NCBI GenBank assembly: GCA_937975685.1
Contig: CALJUG010000004.1
Location: 31,494 to 95,493 of the forward strand
Direction: 5' to 3'
DNA from: an uncultured bacterium
GTDB taxonomy: Bacteria; Planctomycetota; Planctomycetia; Pirellulales; PALSA-1355
DNA length: 64,000 bases
The position numbers were made by a program, and so were the translations under genes. The notes under the pieces were generated by a model. It did no database searches. It was not told where the DNA came from and saw only the letters and a program-made list of their open reading frames with translations. Position 1 is the first letter of the stretch. Each line of letters opens with the position of its first letter. Positions 37,971-46,956 of this stretch are shown piece after piece.

Positions 37971-39143
37971 ATGTCGCTTCGCTTCCTCACCCGGTCGTCG
38001 AGACCGCGGGCGCGCCGCTCCCCGCCGGGAGTCCGGCTCGGCCTGCGCCTGATCGTGGCGCTGTTGAGTTTGGCCGGCGCCGCCGGCCTCGCCGCGGCTG
38101 TGGACATGGACAAGGTCGCGGCGGTCGGGTCGCGGCAGGAACTGAACCGCCGCATCCAGCAGGCTCGCGACAAGGTGGACCAGGCCCGGATCGCGGCCGA
38201 AGAAACGCGGCACCGGCTCGACGCCTTCTTGTCGCGGCATTTCGCAGAGCAGAAAGCGGCCGAGCCCCCACGCTTCGCGCCGGAACGGGCCACGGGCCCA
38301 CCGGTGGCGCTGCCGAATCCCGAGATCGTGAAGCTCGAGGAAGAGCTGGCCGTGCTGCGCGTCCACCGGATGCGGCTGCTTTCGTACCTGACCGAAGCGC
38401 ACCCCGAACTGATCGAGCTCGACGTGCGGATGGCCACGATCAGTGACCGCATCGACGGCCTCAAGGTACCGGAACTGCCGCCCCCCTCGAACGACGACGA
38501 CGTGGAACGGCAGTGGGCCGAGTTCGTCCAGCAGCACAAGCAGCAATCGGCCCACGACGCCCAGGAGTATCAGCGCCTGTTCGACGAGTGGACCCAGGCC
38601 GAAGACGCGCTGACCGCCGCGATCGACGAGTGGAAAGCCGCCCAGGAAGACCTGGAGCTGTTGCCCGACTTGCTGGACGACGAGCAAGTGGCGGTGCAAG
38701 CGCAGCCGGTGCCCGAGATGGCCGCCGCGCCTGCCGCTCCGGACGTCGAGAAACGTGCCACGGATGACAACGAAGCCAAGCACGCTGCCCAACCGGCCGC
38801 GGCCGAAGCCTCGGGCTCAGCGCCACTGGCGCTTGCGGCGCTGTTGATCGCGCTGGCCGTGGCGGCGCTGGCGGCCGTGCGTCTGGCCCGGTCGGCGGTC
38901 GATCCGGTGTTTGCCAGCGTCGATGAAGTGGCCGCGGCGCTGGCCTTGCCGGTCGTGGGCCTGTTGCCGGCCGGCGGAAGCTTGCCGCGCAGCGCGCGAC
39001 AGAGCGTCACCAAGACCAAGCTGCGCCACTGGATCGTGCCGGTGCTCGTGGCCGTGGTGGTGCTGGTGCTGGGCACGCTGGCCGTGAAGAACGCCGAGGG
39101 CCTGCGAAACCTCGTGCACGAATCGATCTCGGGAATGCGATAG
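37971..39143 (+). CDS. Polysaccharide co-polymerase (Wzz/PCP)-like membrane protein
   Basis: N-terminal TM 'LRLIVALLSLAGAAGLAAAV', a long coiled-coil region, a second TM 'LALAALLIALAVAALAAV', then 'ASVDEVAAALALPVVGLLP'. That last segment resembles the linker preceding BY-kinase domains in Wzc-type proteins. A third TM follows. The family call is tentative. Confidence 0.55.
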   Translation: MSLRFLTRSSRPRARRSPPGVRLGLRLIVALLSLAGAAGLAAAVDMDKVAAVGSRQELNRRIQQARDKVDQARIAAEETRHRLDAFLSRHFAEQKAAEPPRFAPERATGPPVALPNPEIVKLEEELAVLRVHRMRLLSYLTEAHPELIELDVRMATISDRIDGLKVPELPPPSNDDDVERQWAEFVQQHKQQSAHDAQEYQRLFDEWTQAEDALTAAIDEWKAAQEDLELLPDLLDDEQVAVQAQPVPEMAAAPAAPDVEKRATDDNEAKHAAQPAAAEASGSAPLALAALLIALAVAALAAVRLARSAVDPVFASVDEVAAALALPVVGLLPAGGSLPRSARQSVTKTKLRHWIVPVLVAVVVLVLGTLAVKNAEGLRNLVHESISGMR

Positions 39144-39344
39144 CAGCAAGCTGCTAGCAGACGCGTGTGGGGGTCGGACCCGGTCGACATCGAGGGCGTC
39201 CGATCGAAACGCGGGACGAAACTTCGTCCCAAGCGCACGCTCGCAGTGCAGAGCGACCTGCGGGCATGCCGAACCAATAAGAGTCTGCGGGCCGGCAGAT
39301 CGCTGTAAATGTCATGCGGATAGGATGTTTGGGGGACATCGGGA

Positions 39345-40826
39345 ATGTATGAGGCGTTTTTCAAACTCAGCAGCCGCCCGTTTGTCTCGACGCCCGACAC
39401 GCGCTGCTACTTTCCAGCCACGCTGATCGAAAACGCGCGCCAGACGCTGGTGCGGCTCATCGAGCGCGGCGAAGGGCCCGGCCTGGTGATCGGACCGCCG
39501 GGCACGGGCAAGACGCTGTTGTGTCATCTGTTGGCCGAACATTTTCGCGACACGTTCGCGGTGTCGATGCTCGGCGGCGGGCGGCTACGTAGTTGCCGCG
39601 TGCTGTTGCAGACGATCCTTTACGAGTTGGGCCTGCCCTGCCGCGGCATGGACGAAGGCGACTTGCGGCTCAACTTGCTGGATGCGCTTGAGCCGAAGGA
39701 CGGCTCGCGCGGACTGCTGCTGCTGGTCGACGAAGCGCACGCCCTGCCCTGGCGGCTGCTCGAAGAAGTGCGCTTGATGACCAACCTGGTGCGCGACGGC
39801 CAGCCGCGCGTGCGGGTCGTGCTCTCGGGCAACCCGGCGCTGGAAGAGCGGTTCGCCAGCCCGAAGCTGGCTTCCTTCGCGCAACGCGTGGCCGGGCGGT
39901 GTTATCTCGAGCCGCTCGACTGCGCCGAAACCTCGCGCTATGTCCTCGGTCAACTCCAGAATGCCGGGGGCGTCCCTGAAAAGCTGATCGACGAGGACGC
40001 GCTCAAGAGCGTGTACCGGGCCACCGACGGCGTGCCGCGGCTCGTCAACCAGGTGTGCGACCATGCCCTGGTGCTGGCCAGCCTGGGCGGACGCGCCCAG
40101 TTGAACAGCCAAGCCATCGAAGAGGCTTGGGCCGACTTGCAGCAGTTGCCGGTGCCCTGGCGCGGCGGCGCGACGGAGGTGACCGGCGGCATCGTCGAAT
40201 TCGGCGGACTTTCTGACGACAACGATCTACCCGAGGCGATCCCCTTCCGCGGCTGCGAGCCCGAAACGCCGCTGCACGTGGCCGAGCCCGAGGAACAACT
40301 CGACGCGATCGAGGAGCACATTTCGTCGCTGGCCGAGGAAGGTCGCCCCGCAGAAGCTTCCAGCGAGGTGGATCTCGACTTTCCCGAATTCGGCGATCCG
40401 TTCAACGAGCAGTTCGCCGAGGAAGAGGTGGTGCTCAACCCGCACCGCTCCGACATGGAGATCTTCGCCGACGTGCCGCGCGTGAGTTGCTGGGAGGGCC
40501 ACCAACTGGGCGCGATGCTCAAGACACTGGGCCCTCTGGCCCCCGAAGTCAGCCCGCGGCCGAACGTGACGCTCTCGTGGCCGCCGATGGAAGCCGACGA
40601 GGCCCACGACGTCGGGGAGGAGACGCAATCGGCTCCGGCCGCGCACGTCCAGCCCGAGGAGCCGCCGGCCCCGCGCAAGACCGAGCCGCTCGAGCGTCTC
40701 TCGGGCGGCCAGAGCGATCGCGACGTGATCGTCGTGGAAGAAGGTTCAGACGCGGCGCACGCTCGGATGGAGCGGGCGGCCAAGGCGGAGTTTCGTCAAC
40801 TGTTTCGCAGACTCCGCCACGGTTAG
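39345..40826 (+). CDS. ExeA/GspA/MshM-like AAA ATPase
   Basis: 'MYEAFFKLSSRPF' N-terminus. Walker A 'GPPGTGKTLL', Walker B 'LLLLVDEAH', 'RVVLSGNPALEERF', 'RVAGRCYLEPL'. Acidic C-terminal half. Confidence 0.85.
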   Translation: MYEAFFKLSSRPFVSTPDTRCYFPATLIENARQTLVRLIERGEGPGLVIGPPGTGKTLLCHLLAEHFRDTFAVSMLGGGRLRSCRVLLQTILYELGLPCRGMDEGDLRLNLLDALEPKDGSRGLLLLVDEAHALPWRLLEEVRLMTNLVRDGQPRVRVVLSGNPALEERFASPKLASFAQRVAGRCYLEPLDCAETSRYVLGQLQNAGGVPEKLIDEDALKSVYRATDGVPRLVNQVCDHALVLASLGGRAQLNSQAIEEAWADLQQLPVPWRGGATEVTGGIVEFGGLSDDNDLPEAIPFRGCEPETPLHVAEPEEQLDAIEEHISSLAEEGRPAEASSEVDLDFPEFGDPFNEQFAEEEVVLNPHRSDMEIFADVPRVSCWEGHQLGAMLKTLGPLAPEVSPRPNVTLSWPPMEADEAHDVGEETQSAPAAHVQPEEPPAPRKTEPLERLSGGQSDRDVIVVEEGSDAAHARMERAAKAEFRQLFRRLRHG

Positions 40827-40853
40827 AGCGCGACAGCGCAAGGAGCGACGGCC

Positions 40854-41702
40854 ATGAGTCGCATGCTGGACGCGTTGCGAACCCTCGAAGCGCGCAAGCG
40901 CCGCGAGACCGTACCGCCGCCCGAGGCGGTGGCCGCGGAGATCGCCCCCGCGCCGCTTGAGCACGACGAACCGGAGATCGAGGCCCTGCTCGACGAGATT
41001 TCCGACGGCCTGGCCGAAGAGCTGGGCGAACCCAAGCCCCAGCAGCAGCAGGCGGAACCGACCGCATCGCCGCGCATCGTCGAGCCGGCGCAACCACAGG
41101 CGCCCTTCGAGACGTGCGTGCTGCCGATCGTTCCCGAGCCGGACGAGGCCTACCTGCAGATGGCCGAGCGGATCGGCGAGCAGCTTTCGGTGAACTACTC
41201 GAACGTGGTCGCCTTCGTGACCGCGGGACACGAAGTCGAGCGGCAGTTCTCGATGACGCAGTTGGCGCAGGCGTTCTCGCAGCAGATGATCGGCGACGTG
41301 CTGCTGATCGACGGCGACTTGCGCGCCGGACGGCTCTCCAAATCGATCGCCCGGCGCGGGCCGGGCATGATCGAGGCCATGCTGGGCAAGACCCCCTGGC
41401 CCGACATCATCCATCCCACGAACCTGCCGCGGATCGACTTCGTGGCCCGGGGCCTGGCGCAGGTGCCCACGCTCGAGCGGTCGGAGTTCGGCTGGGCGGC
41501 GCTGCGGCCCATGTACCGCTTCGTGCTGATTGGTCCGGCCGACGCCGGGGAGCCGGAAACCCAGTGGCTGGCCTCGCGCTGCGACGCGGTGTATTACGTG
41601 CTTTCGCGGCGGCACACGCGCCGCTCGCTGGCCACGGCCACCGTACACGCCCTGCGATCGGCCGGAGCCAACGTGGCAGGCGCGATCGTGGCCGACGACT
41701 GA
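40854..41702 (+). CDS. BY-kinase/ParA-fold-like protein with a degenerate P-loop
   Basis: The C-terminal 190 aa align by eye to the CpsD/Wzc ATPase core ('VLLIDGDLRAGRL', 'IDFVARG', 'YRFVLIGPAD', 'DAVYYVLS'). Where Walker A GxxGxGKS/T should be, it reads 'TAGHEVERQFS'. There is no C-terminal Tyr cluster. Confidence 0.6.
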   Translation: MSRMLDALRTLEARKRRETVPPPEAVAAEIAPAPLEHDEPEIEALLDEISDGLAEELGEPKPQQQQAEPTASPRIVEPAQPQAPFETCVLPIVPEPDEAYLQMAERIGEQLSVNYSNVVAFVTAGHEVERQFSMTQLAQAFSQQMIGDVLLIDGDLRAGRLSKSIARRGPGMIEAMLGKTPWPDIIHPTNLPRIDFVARGLAQVPTLERSEFGWAALRPMYRFVLIGPADAGEPETQWLASRCDAVYYVLSRRHTRRSLATATVHALRSAGANVAGAIVADD

Positions 41703-41788
41703 TGCCGCGGGCGGTGGTGCGCTTCCGACCTGCCGACTAGAATTCAGTGCTTTGCCATGCCGCATTGCACTGACTCCTTCGAGGCTCC

Positions 41789-42739
41789 TTGATGCGTACG
41801 TTTCTGGTCACCGGTGGCGCAGGGTTCATAGGTTCGCACATCGCCGAGGCTCTGGTGGCCCGGGGAGATCGGGTGCGGGTGCTCGACAATTTGTCGACCG
41901 GCAAGCGCGAGAACCTTGCACATCTCGAAGGCAAAGTCGACTTCGTCGAGGGCGATATCACCAGCGCCGACGATACGGCCGCGGCGGTCGAGGGCGTCGA
42001 CTGCGTGTTCCACGAGGCGGCGCTGGCCTCGGTGCCGCGCAGCATGGAGCGGCCGCTCGATACGCACGCGGCCTGCGTGACCGGCACGCTGCTAGTGCTC
42101 GACGCGGCCCGCAAGGCGGGCGTCCGCCGGCTGGTGTACGCGGCTTCCAGCAGTGCCTACGGCGATCAGCCCACTTCGTCGAAGCGCGAGACCGATCTGC
42201 CGGTGCCGATCTCGCCTTACGGGGCGGCCAAGCTGGCGGGCGAAAACTACTGCCGGGCCTTCGCGGCGGCCTACGGCTTCGAAACGGTGTGCATTCGCTA
42301 CTTCAACGTGTTCGGCCCGCGGCAGGATCCGCACAGCCAGTACTCGGCCGTGATTCCCAAGTTCATCACCGCCATGCTCGGCGGCAAGCGGCCGATCGTG
42401 TTCGGCGACGGTCTCCAGTCGCGCGACTTCACCTACATCGAGAACGTGGTGCACGGCAACCTGCTGGCCGCCGACGCCGAGGCCGCGCAATGCTCCGGCC
42501 GGGTGTTCAACGTAGCCGGCGGCCGCAACACCACGCTGCTTGAGCTCCTGTCCGTGCTCAACCGCGAGCTGGGCACCAACATTCAGCCCGAGCATCAGCC
42601 CCCCCGCCCCGGCGACGTGCGCGAGAGCCTCGCCGACATCACCCAAGCCCGAGAATGCCTAGCCTACGAGCCGCAAGTCGACTTCGAGGAAGGGATTCGG
42701 CGTTCGATTGATTACTACCGAAGTCTAGTGCGGAAGTAA
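41789..42739 (+). CDS. NAD-dependent nucleotide-sugar 4-epimerase/dehydratase (extended SDR)
   Basis: 'LVTGGAGFIGSHIAEALV', 'LDNLSTGKRENL', 'ASSSAYGD', 'SPYGAAKLAGE' (YxxxK intact), 'RYFNVFGPRQDP'. Confidence 0.9.
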   Translation: MMRTFLVTGGAGFIGSHIAEALVARGDRVRVLDNLSTGKRENLAHLEGKVDFVEGDITSADDTAAAVEGVDCVFHEAALASVPRSMERPLDTHAACVTGTLLVLDAARKAGVRRLVYAASSSAYGDQPTSSKRETDLPVPISPYGAAKLAGENYCRAFAAAYGFETVCIRYFNVFGPRQDPHSQYSAVIPKFITAMLGGKRPIVFGDGLQSRDFTYIENVVHGNLLAADAEAAQCSGRVFNVAGGRNTTLLELLSVLNRELGTNIQPEHQPPRPGDVRESLADITQARECLAYEPQVDFEEGIRRSIDYYRSLVRK

Positions 42740-42753
42740 GTTGCAACAAGAAT

Positions 42754-42780
42754 GGGACGCCACTTGCGTTCCCTTTTTCT
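42754..42780 (+). terminator. Rho-independent terminator candidate after the epimerase gene
   Basis: GGGACGC (42754-42760) / GCGTTCCC (42766-42773) form a stem with one bulge, followed by TTTTTCT. Confidence 0.55.
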
Positions 42781-42959
42781 AGAGTGCATCTGACGGGCAA
42801 AGGCCGCCGAGCTGCCGCATTGCGCCATTCAGCGCGCCAGTGAATTGCGCAGCGTCAGCTCGCCGTATGCGGCGCCGGCCTTGATGACGTTTTGTCCAGA
42901 CATGACTGACGCACCCTAGCGGACGCTATACTGATTGGCGGTGTCTTGGGGCGGTGACA

Positions 42960-43223
42960 ATGGACAAGTATCTACAAGAGCTTCGTGAGCGTCGCCAATG
43001 TACGCCTGTTCGAGTTCTCGGACGCTTGCACGATCGAACGATCCGAGTTCTGCTTTGGGCCGAGCATGGAATGGCAGACTTTGGCATTCCGATGGAGTTT
43101 CCGATTGACCTCATTCCTCCCGACCTTCGGATGCCAAATTCCGATTTCTTCGTGATATTTAGGGGCGACGAAATCATGGAGGTTCGGCGAGATCTGCCAG
43201 CAGAGGGACTTGGATATCACTAG
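42960..43223 (+). CDS. Small hypothetical protein in a lower-GC islet
   Basis: An 87-aa ORF (ATG 42960; GTG 42954 is also possible), 'MDKYLQELRERRQCTPVRVL...'. No motif recognised. Its composition is atypical for this window. Coding status is uncertain. Confidence 0.35.
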   Translation: MDKYLQELRERRQCTPVRVLGRLHDRTIRVLLWAEHGMADFGIPMEFPIDLIPPDLRMPNSDFFVIFRGDEIMEVRRDLPAEGLGYH

Positions 43224-43263
43224 ATCGCGTGTGCTGCCGCCCGGATGAGCGCGAGGTCGTAGG

Positions 43264-43827
43264 TCATTTTTCTTCCTCGAGGATCTCTTTGATCCGTGCA
43301 AACAGTTCGATCCTCTTCTCGACTAGTTCACGCGACGCGCCGGCCCTTATCCACTCCTGGTAGTCGGCGATTCGTGCGGCCGCGATGTCACTTGCGCTCG
43401 CGCCGTTCGTTGCTCTTCGACTTCGGTTCGCACCGTGGTTCAGCAGGACGCGAACGACTTCTTCGCTACCGCCGTGGGCGGCTCGCATGAGCGCGGTCAC
43501 GCCCTTCGAATCCGCCGCATCGACTTCGGCACCGGCGCCGAGGAGCGCCTCTGCACCTTCGCCCGACCTGGCGTACATCAGAGCCACGACATGGCGTTCC
43601 ACGCGCCGGTCGACGGGGGATCGATAGGTCAATCGAAGATTCGGGTCAGCTCCGCAAGCCAACAGACAGCGCACCGCATCGATCTGATTGGTATACGTGG
43701 CGTTGTAGAGCGCCGAGTTGCCAACGCGATGGTTTGTGACATCTGGATCGACGCCCGCGTCGAGAAGTCGACGAATCTCGCCAACATCGTTGTTGAGCGC
43801 AGCGGTCAGCAATTCCTCAGCGCTCAT
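43264..43827 (-). CDS. Ankyrin-repeat protein
   Basis: Three to four ANK units ('GNSALYNATYTNQIDAVRCLLACGADPN', 'GVTALMRAAHGGSEEVVRVLLNHGANRS'). ATG 43827 has AAGGAG 6 nt upstream. It lies directly downstream of the methyltransferase stop. Confidence 0.8.
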   Translation of the reverse strand: MSAEELLTAALNNDVGEIRRLLDAGVDPDVTNHRVGNSALYNATYTNQIDAVRCLLACGADPNLRLTYRSPVDRRVERHVVALMYARSGEGAEALLGAGAEVDAADSKGVTALMRAAHGGSEEVVRVLLNHGANRSRRATNGASASDIAAARIADYQEWIRAGASRELVEKRIELFARIKEILEEEK

Positions 43828-43854
43828 GCGAGGCTCCTTTCGGCAATTGCACAC

Positions 43855-44616
43855 CTATCTCGGCTTGATCGCCAGAAACCCAAGATACCCCGGCGGGAAC
43901 TTCATCTCGTCGTACTTCTTCAAGGTGCGGACGCGGAAGCCGATGGTGCGTAGCAGGGTGAGGACGTCGTCGCGCTGGTAGAGTCGCAGGCGATGCAGCT
44001 CGTGCTCGCGGCGGTAGGTGTCGCCCGACTTGCGGAAGGTGGTGATGTCGCGCGTCAGAGTGCGGCGCTTGTCGTCTTCGACGGCTTCGTACAGGCAGGC
44101 CCAATCGTCGCCCGCGCTGTAGGTGCGCGAGCGCCCCGTGGGCACGCGGCCGACCAGCGCCACATCGAACAGGAACACGCCACCCGGGGCAAGCGCGGAG
44201 TACACGCGGCGAAACACCTTCTTCAACACGGTCTGCGTGTTGCGGCGGTCGAACAGGTAGTTGAAGATCTCGCCCACGGCGGTCACGGCCACGCAGGGCG
44301 GAATCTCGGCGTCGACGAACGAACCGCAGCGAAACGTGCCAGTCGGCACGCGCTGGCAGGCCAGATCGACCATGGCCTGCGAAATGTCGTAGCCCAGGAC
44401 GTCGAAGCCGGCCTCGGTCACTTCGGCCGCTTGAATGCCGCTGCCGCAACCGAGCTCGACGACCTGTCCCTCGTCGAAGCCCAGGTCGTGCAGAATCGGC
44501 AGAAGCGTGCGGGCCGCCGATTGGGCGGGGATGCCGAAGCCGGCGTCGTGGATGAAGGCCAGGTCCGTGCCATACGCACCGTTGCCGTCTTGCGTACCAC
44601 TGCCGTTGTCGGCCAT
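43855..44616 (-). CDS. Class I SAM-dependent methyltransferase
   Basis: Motif I 'VVELGCGSGIQAAEV', 'GYDISQAMV', 'GGVFLFD'. ATG 44616 has GGAGA upstream. There are 4 nt between the MFS stop and this start. Confidence 0.85.
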   Translation of the reverse strand: MADNGSGTQDGNGAYGTDLAFIHDAGFGIPAQSAARTLLPILHDLGFDEGQVVELGCGSGIQAAEVTEAGFDVLGYDISQAMVDLACQRVPTGTFRCGSFVDAEIPPCVAVTAVGEIFNYLFDRRNTQTVLKKVFRRVYSALAPGGVFLFDVALVGRVPTGRSRTYSAGDDWACLYEAVEDDKRRTLTRDITTFRKSGDTYRREHELHRLRLYQRDDVLTLLRTIGFRVRTLKKYDEMKFPPGYLGFLAIKPR

Positions 44617-44620
44617 CAAG

Positions 44621-45871
44621 TTATCTCCGGCGGGCAAACAAAGCGTAGCACACGCCGGTCAGCATCACGCCGATCGACAGGCTGACGAACGTTGTGGTAT
44701 AGGGCGGCAGGCCGGCCCCTTGGCTGACCTCGACCGCGCGGCCCACGACCGGAGCGCCGACAAACATGCCCGTGTCGAGCATGGCCAGCATGACCGAAGT
44801 GCCCATCCCGCGGTAGCGGCTGGGAAACGAAGTGGCTCCCTGGGCGGTGACGCTGGGAAACAACACGGCGTGCGAGATGCCGGCAAAGACCCCCGGCAGC
44901 ACGAGGGCCCACTGGGTCCGCACCGGCAAATACAGCAACAGGCTCACCGCCAGCGACGCCAGTCCGATCAGGATCATGGGCCGCACTCCGTAGCGCTGCG
45001 GAAAGCTGCGCGTGGCCAGGCGTGCCATGAACGCCGTGCCGGCGTAGGCGACCCAGAACGTGCCCGTGTTCTCAATCGCCCGAGCTTCGATGAAGGTCGG
45101 CAGGAACGTGGTGGGGATCACCAGCCCGAAGCCCAGCACGACGGCCAGAAACATGACGCCGCCGGGATGATAGCGTTTGAGCACCCACAGCATGGGCGAA
45201 CGGCGGTGCGACGGCCGCCGGGTATCGTGTCGCGTGGCCAATTCGGCGCAGAACAGCGAAATCGTGCCCAGCGCCGCGGCCACCGTGAACATCCACACCA
45301 GGTCGGTGCGGGTGATCGGTTCGTGTCCGCAGAAATAGTCGCCCAGCATCGGACCGACCGCCATCCCGATGAAGCCGCTGGTGCCCAGCGTGCCGATCAC
45401 TTCGGCCGTGCGTTCCAGCGGCAGGCGGCGCGAAATGCTGGTGATCGACGAACCGAACACGCCCGCCAGGCTCGTGGCGTAGAGAATGCGCAGCACAAAG
45501 ATCCACGGCCCGCGCGGATCGCTAACGGTCAGATGAGCGAGCAAACTGAGCACGAACAACGTGTTGGACCACAGCCAGACCCGTCGGGCCCCGAAGTGAT
45601 CGATGCCGTAACCCTGAAACAAGCGCATGGCCAGGCTGCCGACCATGCCCAAGCCCACGATCAAGCCGACGTTCCACTCGGTTCCGCCCAGGTAGAGCAC
45701 GAAATCGGCATACCGGTACATCAACGCCATCGCTATGGTGAAGGCGGTGTTGCCCAGATAGGTGAGCCAGAAGGTGCGGCCGTACAGCGGGCCCTCGTCG
45801 CGCCGCCGCGCCGGGGCCGGTAGCCTGGCTGGCGCGGCGGACAACTCGGAAACTTCCGACGAAACGCTCAT
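44621..45871 (-). CDS. MFS transporter
   Basis: About 12 TM helices. 'GYGIDHFGARRV' fits the MFS loop 2-3 motif. ATG 45871 is chosen. Confidence 0.8.
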   Translation of the reverse strand: MSVSSEVSELSAAPARLPAPARRRDEGPLYGRTFWLTYLGNTAFTIAMALMYRYADFVLYLGGTEWNVGLIVGLGMVGSLAMRLFQGYGIDHFGARRVWLWSNTLFVLSLLAHLTVSDPRGPWIFVLRILYATSLAGVFGSSITSISRRLPLERTAEVIGTLGTSGFIGMAVGPMLGDYFCGHEPITRTDLVWMFTVAAALGTISLFCAELATRHDTRRPSHRRSPMLWVLKRYHPGGVMFLAVVLGFGLVIPTTFLPTFIEARAIENTGTFWVAYAGTAFMARLATRSFPQRYGVRPMILIGLASLAVSLLLYLPVRTQWALVLPGVFAGISHAVLFPSVTAQGATSFPSRYRGMGTSVMLAMLDTGMFVGAPVVGRAVEVSQGAGLPPYTTTFVSLSIGVMLTGVCYALFARRR

Positions 45872-46043
45872 AGAGGCGGGAAAGTAGGGAGGAACGGGCC
45901 CTGGCAACCTAGGATTGTAGATGGAGCACGGCACCGCGGATAGAGACGCCCGTGCCCATGCTTAGGTTCGAGTGGTCCTTGCGCGAGTCTCGGCAACGCC
46001 TTACGTCGCGCGCGAGGACTTTTTCCAGGCGGCATTGCACACC

Positions 46044-46889
46044 ATGAGCGCACCGCACCCGACGCTGGTCACGCTGGCCACGTACAACGAGATCGAGAAC
46101 CTGCCGCGCCTCATCGAGGCGATCCTGGCGGCCGTGCCGGAAGTCGACATTCTGGTGATCGACGACAACTCGCCCGACGGCACGGGCCGCTGGTGCGACG
46201 AACAGGCCGAGCAGGAGCCCCGGCTGCGCTGCTTGCACCGCGAGGGCAAGCTCGGCCTGGGCACTGCCACGATCGCGGGCATGCAGTACGCCATCGAGTA
46301 CGGCTACCGCTACGTGCTCAACATGGACGCCGACTTCAGCCATCATCCGCGGCATTTGCCGGCCATGCTGGCGGGGATGGAAGGCGGGGATCCGCCGACC
46401 GACGTGATGATCGGCTCGCGCTACGTCGCCGGCGGCGGAGTCGAAGGCTGGCCGCTGCACCGGCAGATCATGAGCCGCACGGTGAACGCCTATGCGCGGT
46501 TGCTGCTGGGCCTGCGAGCCCGGGACTGCAGCGGGGCGTTTCGCTGCTACCGCGTGTCGCTACTGGAACAGGTCGATTTCAATGAAGTCCGCTCGCGGGG
46601 CTACTCGTTTCAGGAAGAGATCCTCTGGCGGCTGAAGCGGCTGGGCGCCACCATGCGCGAAACGCCGATCACGTTTGCCGACCGCGAACGCGGGGCCTCG
46701 AAGATCAACGGCAGCGAGGCCTTCGCGGCGTTGAGGATCCTGTTTCGGCTGGGACTGGAGAACTGGTTCTCGCCGCGGCGGAATGCATTCGCGTCGATCC
46801 CTCGCGGCGGCGCTAGCGCCACCAGCGAAACGCCGCACAGGGCGCCAACGGCCGCGCGGGGAGAAGAGCGCGGCGCCGGGAACTGCTAG
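46044..46889 (+). CDS. GT2 polyprenol-phosphate mannosyl/glycosyl transferase (Dpm1-like)
   Basis: 'LATYNEIENLPRLIEAI', 'ILVIDDNSPDGTG', 'NMDADFSHHP', 'IGSRYVAGGG'. Confidence 0.85.
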   Translation: MSAPHPTLVTLATYNEIENLPRLIEAILAAVPEVDILVIDDNSPDGTGRWCDEQAEQEPRLRCLHREGKLGLGTATIAGMQYAIEYGYRYVLNMDADFSHHPRHLPAMLAGMEGGDPPTDVMIGSRYVAGGGVEGWPLHRQIMSRTVNAYARLLLGLRARDCSGAFRCYRVSLLEQVDFNEVRSRGYSFQEEILWRLKRLGATMRETPITFADRERGASKINGSEAFAALRILFRLGLENWFSPRRNAFASIPRGGASATSETPHRAPTAARGEERGAGNC

Positions 46890-46956
46890 AATGGCAGGAG
46901 TCTTTTCGCGGCGCGGAGCTTCCTAGCGTCGCCGTTTCTCGGACGCGCGGGTTAGC

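Noticed and set aside
42829-42903. A 24-codon minus-strand mini-ORF (MSGQNVIKAGAAYGELTLRNSLAR) in the lower-GC islet.
   Set aside because: It is too short to evaluate, has no convincing ribosome-binding site and no recognisable toxin, antitoxin or leader-peptide pattern.
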